In this document: positions 59,507-64,000 of the stretch, one piece after another
Numbering within the stretch: the stretch's first letter is position 1
Layout of the letters: every line of letters begins with the position of its first letter
IMG/VR virus record: IMGVR_UViG_3300046787_000675
Location: 1 to 64,000 of that record
Reading direction: 5' to 3' (one strand)
Source of the DNA: a virus
DNA: 64,000 bases
The notes under the pieces: generated by a model
The model's database searches: none
The model's input: the letters and a program-made list of their open reading frames with translations, nothing else
What the model was told of the DNA's origin: nothing
Made by a program: the position numbers and the translations under genes

Positions 59507-60830
59507 TTAGCTATTACTTGATTCTTTCATGCGTCGGCATATCTCGTCGAACGCCTCGAACACAACCCGTAGTTGAGGGTGTGTATCGAACTCTTCCGGA
59601 AGCTCCATACATAAGTGATCCGGTCTATTCTTCATACAGGCCATGTAAACTAAATGACCTTCGTTAAGAGTCTCTTTAGCGTCTATAAGCCACTCTAAGG
59701 CTTCTAGTATGTCCTCCGGACAATCCGGCACCACATCCTGTACCTTATGTGAACTACAGGTCTCCAATCTACTCAGCACAGTTACATCTGGAGCCCCTAT
59801 ACTGTACGCGTCCCATACATCTTCCCGTAAAATTTCGAGAAGTCTTTTCCGGGTTCTCTCTATGTTGAAGACCAGTGGGTTTTGGGTAGAATTGTTTTGT
59901 AACTTTTCTATCCAATAAGCCTCGCTTACCTTTTCACCGGCTTCCGGATGAAACTCTCTGCAGAACGTCCATCGACCGTAATACCCTGTTACCAGCAGTG
60001 TTCCAGCCACATTTATAAAATGTACGGCATACATATTTCTGTCAGGTATGCGGAGACTTACGCAAGAGAACCCAGGAGAGCTTTCTTCTTCTACTACATG
60101 TTTTGACCAATCCATAAAGTGTTCCTTATTATTTTTCTTTTTGCATTCTTTGACATATCTCGTCAAAAGCATCAAATACGGCAAGCAGTTGAAAGTGTAT
60201 TCCAAACTTCTCGACTATGCTTTCGGAGTCTAAAGACCCTGGTAGTTCATCGGCAGCATATGTTATATATGATCTGTGACTACCTACGTTTAATTCATCT
60301 AAACATCCTTTCAGATACTCAATTTCTTTAATTAGGGGTGTATGGTAGCCTTTGAGCAATTCTTCTAAGTCGTAAGTAGAACAATCCTCGATTTCCCCTA
60401 TATTATTAGGGATACTCTCTCCATAACACTCCCATATCTCTTCTCTCAGCATCTCTAAGAGTTTTTTTCTTGTAGCTTCTTCACTAAAGACAACCGGATC
60501 CTGTATAGAATTGTCTTCTAGTTTCTGTATCCAGTATCCGTCGTCGACGCACCCTTCTACACTAGGTTGGAATTCTTGGGAGAATATCCAGTTACCGTAA
60601 GCCCCTGTAACTACTAACACGCCTGATGTGTTAATAAAGTTTACAGAGTTCTCCTCTTCTCTGTCCGGTATAGTAAGACTTGTTTTTAGAAAGTTTTCCG
60701 ATTGTATTGTCTTTACGATATGCTTGCTCCAATCAATTTTCGGATTTCTTTTTTTATTCATCTTTTTGTTCCTTATTATTTTACGAAGTGAAAAATAATT
60801 CACCCGGTTTGTATATTTTACTCGGAACAT
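59507..60830 (-). CDS. Tandem paralogue pair (59507-60205, 60129-60830; real starts probably at MDWSKH / MNKKRN)
   Basis: DWSKH..L.IPDR..V.FIN..G.L.VTG.YG.W.F..EF.P..YWI.KL..AFDEIC.RM in both. Confidence 0.8.
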
Positions 60831-62339
60831 CCCCCTGGATTCCTATCATTATCATTGTACCGTTGCGAAGACCGGTAGCGTATTTGTTTTCTCCTGCTTT
60901 TGCATAAGCCTCTGCATAAAGCTCATTCAGGTCAGATCTATTTTGAACATTATGCATAGGTTGGTTGGTTAAGTCTATTCTTAAGGAGCCTTGGCTTATG
61001 GGTTTTGCGAGGTCGGCCGGCAACTTATCTAATACTTCCGGCAATCTATATTCTCCTGCCATATTTTTTTCCTTATTATCTTCTTTGTTCATATAAAGGA
61101 GTCTGTAGAAAATCTTCATCTACTATTCGGGTATAAGTATGTATATCCAGCTCCTGTAGCAGCTTGTCTACAATTTCGATTAATTCCTCATCCCCTAGAT
61201 CTGTTTCCATTACAATGGACCCGGAGTACTCATACATAATGCGACAGCCTTCTTGCGACAGTCTATGACATATACGAGCCATTACAGCCGGGACTTTATC
61301 CGACCATACTCCTCGGATGAACTTGGCGAATCTATGAGAAGTGGTTACCTCACTGTATAGGGTATGTTGAATTAGATACTTTTTCATTAGAACTGCCTGA
61401 AGGCAATCATCTTGTTCCATACCGTCCAGTCTATCTCCTTCTAACATCGACAGAAGAGCTCTTTTAGCTTGCTCCCTTGTTATTCTCGGTACTTGCGTAC
61501 CTGCTTTTACATTAAACCAATCTGCAAGTACCTTCCAGAAATCTTTCTTGTTAGAATCTGTTAGTAATTTATCCAGGGCAGGGTTTAGAAGGTAGTTTAA
61601 TTCTCGAGCTATTACAGCTATCTCGTTTAATACTATTTCTATTGCTTTTGTTTTCATATGTTTTCCTTATTGTTAGTAACAGTATTTATCACACAGGTTA
61701 GCGATAAAATGCTTAGCTGCTCTCTCTGTGTTAAACTTCTCGTACCATGTGCAGTATCCTCCTACATTCCCTTGTAAGGAATAATCCATTTTTCTATTGG
61801 AATAAGATACGACGAAGAAAGGAACGTCCAGTTCTACTTCTTCATAGTCTGATACTAGATCGTCGTCTTCATTCCACTCCCCTCCTTCTCTATCTAAATC
61901 CTCAGGGTTGTAGATATTATCGTCGATAATACCTTCCGAGTGTTTTCCGCGATATTGTATGTCACGGAGCCTGCCGCACAGGGAAGGCTCTATAGATTGT
62001 AAATTAGGCGGATCCTGCCACCATTGTCCATTGTACAGATAGCAACCGCTATCCTTATGCCGGGCTATAGTTACTGATTTTTTCATATTGTGTTCCTTAT
62101 TGTTAAGTTGTTCTTTTGCCGAAGACTTCTTCTTCGGTTTTATAGCCGCTATATACGGCTGCGTCCTGCAGAGCGTCTATAAGGTGTACAACACCCTGTA
62201 TCTTCTCTACAACAGATACATCCTGCACATTCAGACTATGAAGTATCAAGGTATCTTTCTGTACCCGTAGCTGTTCCCAGTCTATGGGTAAATCACTAAA
62301 TAAGACTGGAGATAATTCCTCTTCTGTTATTTGATCCAT
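60781..62339 (-). CDS. Four hypothetical proteins (60781-61119, 61076-61657, 61673-62086, 62103-62339)
   Basis: Co-oriented ORFs with AAGGA RBS. Confidence 0.65.
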
Positions 62340-62418
62340 AATAGGTCCTTTTATTTAATTGAATAGGTCGACAAAAGATATGTCGGCTTATATATTATAA
62401 AAAATTAAAGTATAAAAA

Positions 62419-63876
62419 ATGAGCATCGACAATAAACAATTATTAAGCTTCCTATTTAAACAGGCGGACAATAATAATCTCCTAACTACTTTGCAGTACC
62501 AGCAACAGAGAGTAGTGGATAAGATGAATGAGCCCGCTAGAACGGGACTTGTTGTTGCTCATGGGTTGGGGTCAGGTAAAACACTGACAAGTATTGCAGC
62601 TATTAATTCTCTTAATTTACCTGCAGATGTTGTGGTTCCTGCGGCTTTAAAAGATAACTATCTTAAAGAACTTAAAAAACATCTAAAAAAAGAACTAGAT
62701 ATATCCCTCCATAGTTTACAAAATACAGCATTAAATAAAGGAGAACACTTAAATAAACAGTTATTAGTAGTTGACGAGGCACATAGACTTAGAAATCCGG
62801 GCAAAGCATCAACAGCTTTAAAGACACATACACCGTCTAAGATTATGGCATTGACCGCCTCTCCTTTCTATAATCATCCGGCGGATATAGCAAGCCCTAT
62901 AAATCTGGTTGCGGGGGAAAATATTTTACCGGAGAATGTTAAAGATTTCGAAGAAAAATACATAACATCTGTCCGTATTCCTCCTAGTTTTCTAGAACGT
63001 CTTCAAGGTATTAAAGGTTATACTGCACAAACTATAAAAGAATCCAACAAAGAAAAACTTCGTAAAATTCTAAATAAGTATGTCGATTATTATCCTGGCT
63101 CGGCCGAAGGTTTTCCGACACGAACAGATGAAACTATAAAAGTCGAAATGTCGCCGGATCAAGTCGAAACATACGATAAAGTAATGAAGGATATACCCCC
63201 AGAACTACTTTATAAAATAAGACAGAATATGCCGGCTAATGCACGCGAGACAGCAAATTTAAATGCCTTTCTTACTGCGGCCAGGCAAGTGTCAAATACT
63301 ACGGCTAAATACACGTCTGCAATAGAGCAACCCAAAATAGATACTGCTGTGTCTTATCTGATGGATCACTTGAAAGAAAATAATAAAAATAAAGCTATAG
63401 TCTATTCTAATTTCCTAGATTCCGGGATTAATCCTTACAAACAAATGCTGGATAAGAATAAAATACCTTATGGGGAATTCACCGGTGAAATGCCGCATGC
63501 TGTACGCGACCAATTAATCAGGGATTACAATAAAGATAAAATAAAAGCTCTTTTATTATCTAGTGCTGGTGGGGAAGGGTTAGATCTTAAGGGTACCAGT
63601 TTAATTCAAATACTCGAACCTCACTGGAATGATGAGAAGATAAAACAGGTAATAGGAAGAGGTATTCGCTATAAAAGTCACGAACACCTCTCCCCAGAAG
63701 AACGGAAAATAAAGATTCAAAAATTTATTTCTACCTTACCTCGTAGCGGCTTGTTACAAAAACTAAGGCTTAAGGATCCGGACACATCTACGGATGAATA
63801 TCTCCAAGAAATGTCGGATAGGAAAGAAAGATTATTGAATCAATTTAGAGAACTTCTTAGCGAGAAAATCTCTTAA
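62419..63876 (+). CDS. SF2 (SNF2-like) helicase with N-terminal KQA motif
   Basis: HGLGSGKT, VVDEAH, LTASP, GGEGLDLKG, QVIGRGIRYKSH. Confidence 0.9.
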   Translation: MSIDNKQLLSFLFKQADNNNLLTTLQYQQQRVVDKMNEPARTGLVVAHGLGSGKTLTSIAAINSLNLPADVVVPAALKDNYLKELKKHLKKELDISLHSLQNTALNKGEHLNKQLLVVDEAHRLRNPGKASTALKTHTPSKIMALTASPFYNHPADIASPINLVAGENILPENVKDFEEKYITSVRIPPSFLERLQGIKGYTAQTIKESNKEKLRKILNKYVDYYPGSAEGFPTRTDETIKVEMSPDQVETYDKVMKDIPPELLYKIRQNMPANARETANLNAFLTAARQVSNTTAKYTSAIEQPKIDTAVSYLMDHLKENNKNKAIVYSNFLDSGINPYKQMLDKNKIPYGEFTGEMPHAVRDQLIRDYNKDKIKALLLSSAGGEGLDLKGTSLIQILEPHWNDEKIKQVIGRGIRYKSHEHLSPEERKIKIQKFISTLPRSGLLQKLRLKDPDTSTDEYLQEMSDRKERLLNQFRELLSEKIS

Positions 63877-64000
63877 TTACCTGAGGATCTGTTTCTTCCT
63901 GCAAATCCTCTTCCTTTGGTCCAGAATAACTGTAAAATACGTGTTCGTATTTATATTTTGCGATTGTTATCGCTATATTACGGAACATTCTTTGTGTGGT

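Noticed and set aside
1-64000. tRNA, rRNA, major capsid or tail genes
   Set aside because: None recognised by eye; divergent structural genes among the hypotheticals cannot be excluded.

Overview
A 64-kb segment of a large tailed phage genome (Caudoviricetes), AT-rich, with almost all genes on the minus strand. (1) 1-6303: an ORF missing from the supplied track because it runs off the window edge. It encodes a single-chain, minimised beta-beta' RNA polymerase with two LAGLIDADG inteins, one inserted directly after the catalytic DFDGD and lacking an N-terminal nucleophile. (2) ~6.3-31 kb: virion/morphogenesis region with portal, large terminase, several putative head-internal proteins sharing an N-terminal A[FY]xxGY[LM]xK[QET]A signal, and five interspersed glycosyltransferase-like genes. 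(3) ~31.4-35.5 kb: a cassette whose intergenic spacers hold three pistol-type self-cleaving ribozymes and several other covarying, pseudoknotted RNA elements I cannot assign to a family. (4) ~35.5-62 kb: small accessory genes. These include two IS607 elements with reconstructable GG insertion sites (one carrying a Fanzor2-like rearranged TnpB) and a DUF6745-like/cupin-like gene pair followed by about 20 tiny divergent paralogues with a 4-residue hydrophobic period. (5) A plus-strand SF2/SNF2-like helicase at the end. All family assignments come from motif recognition by eye; no searches were run.
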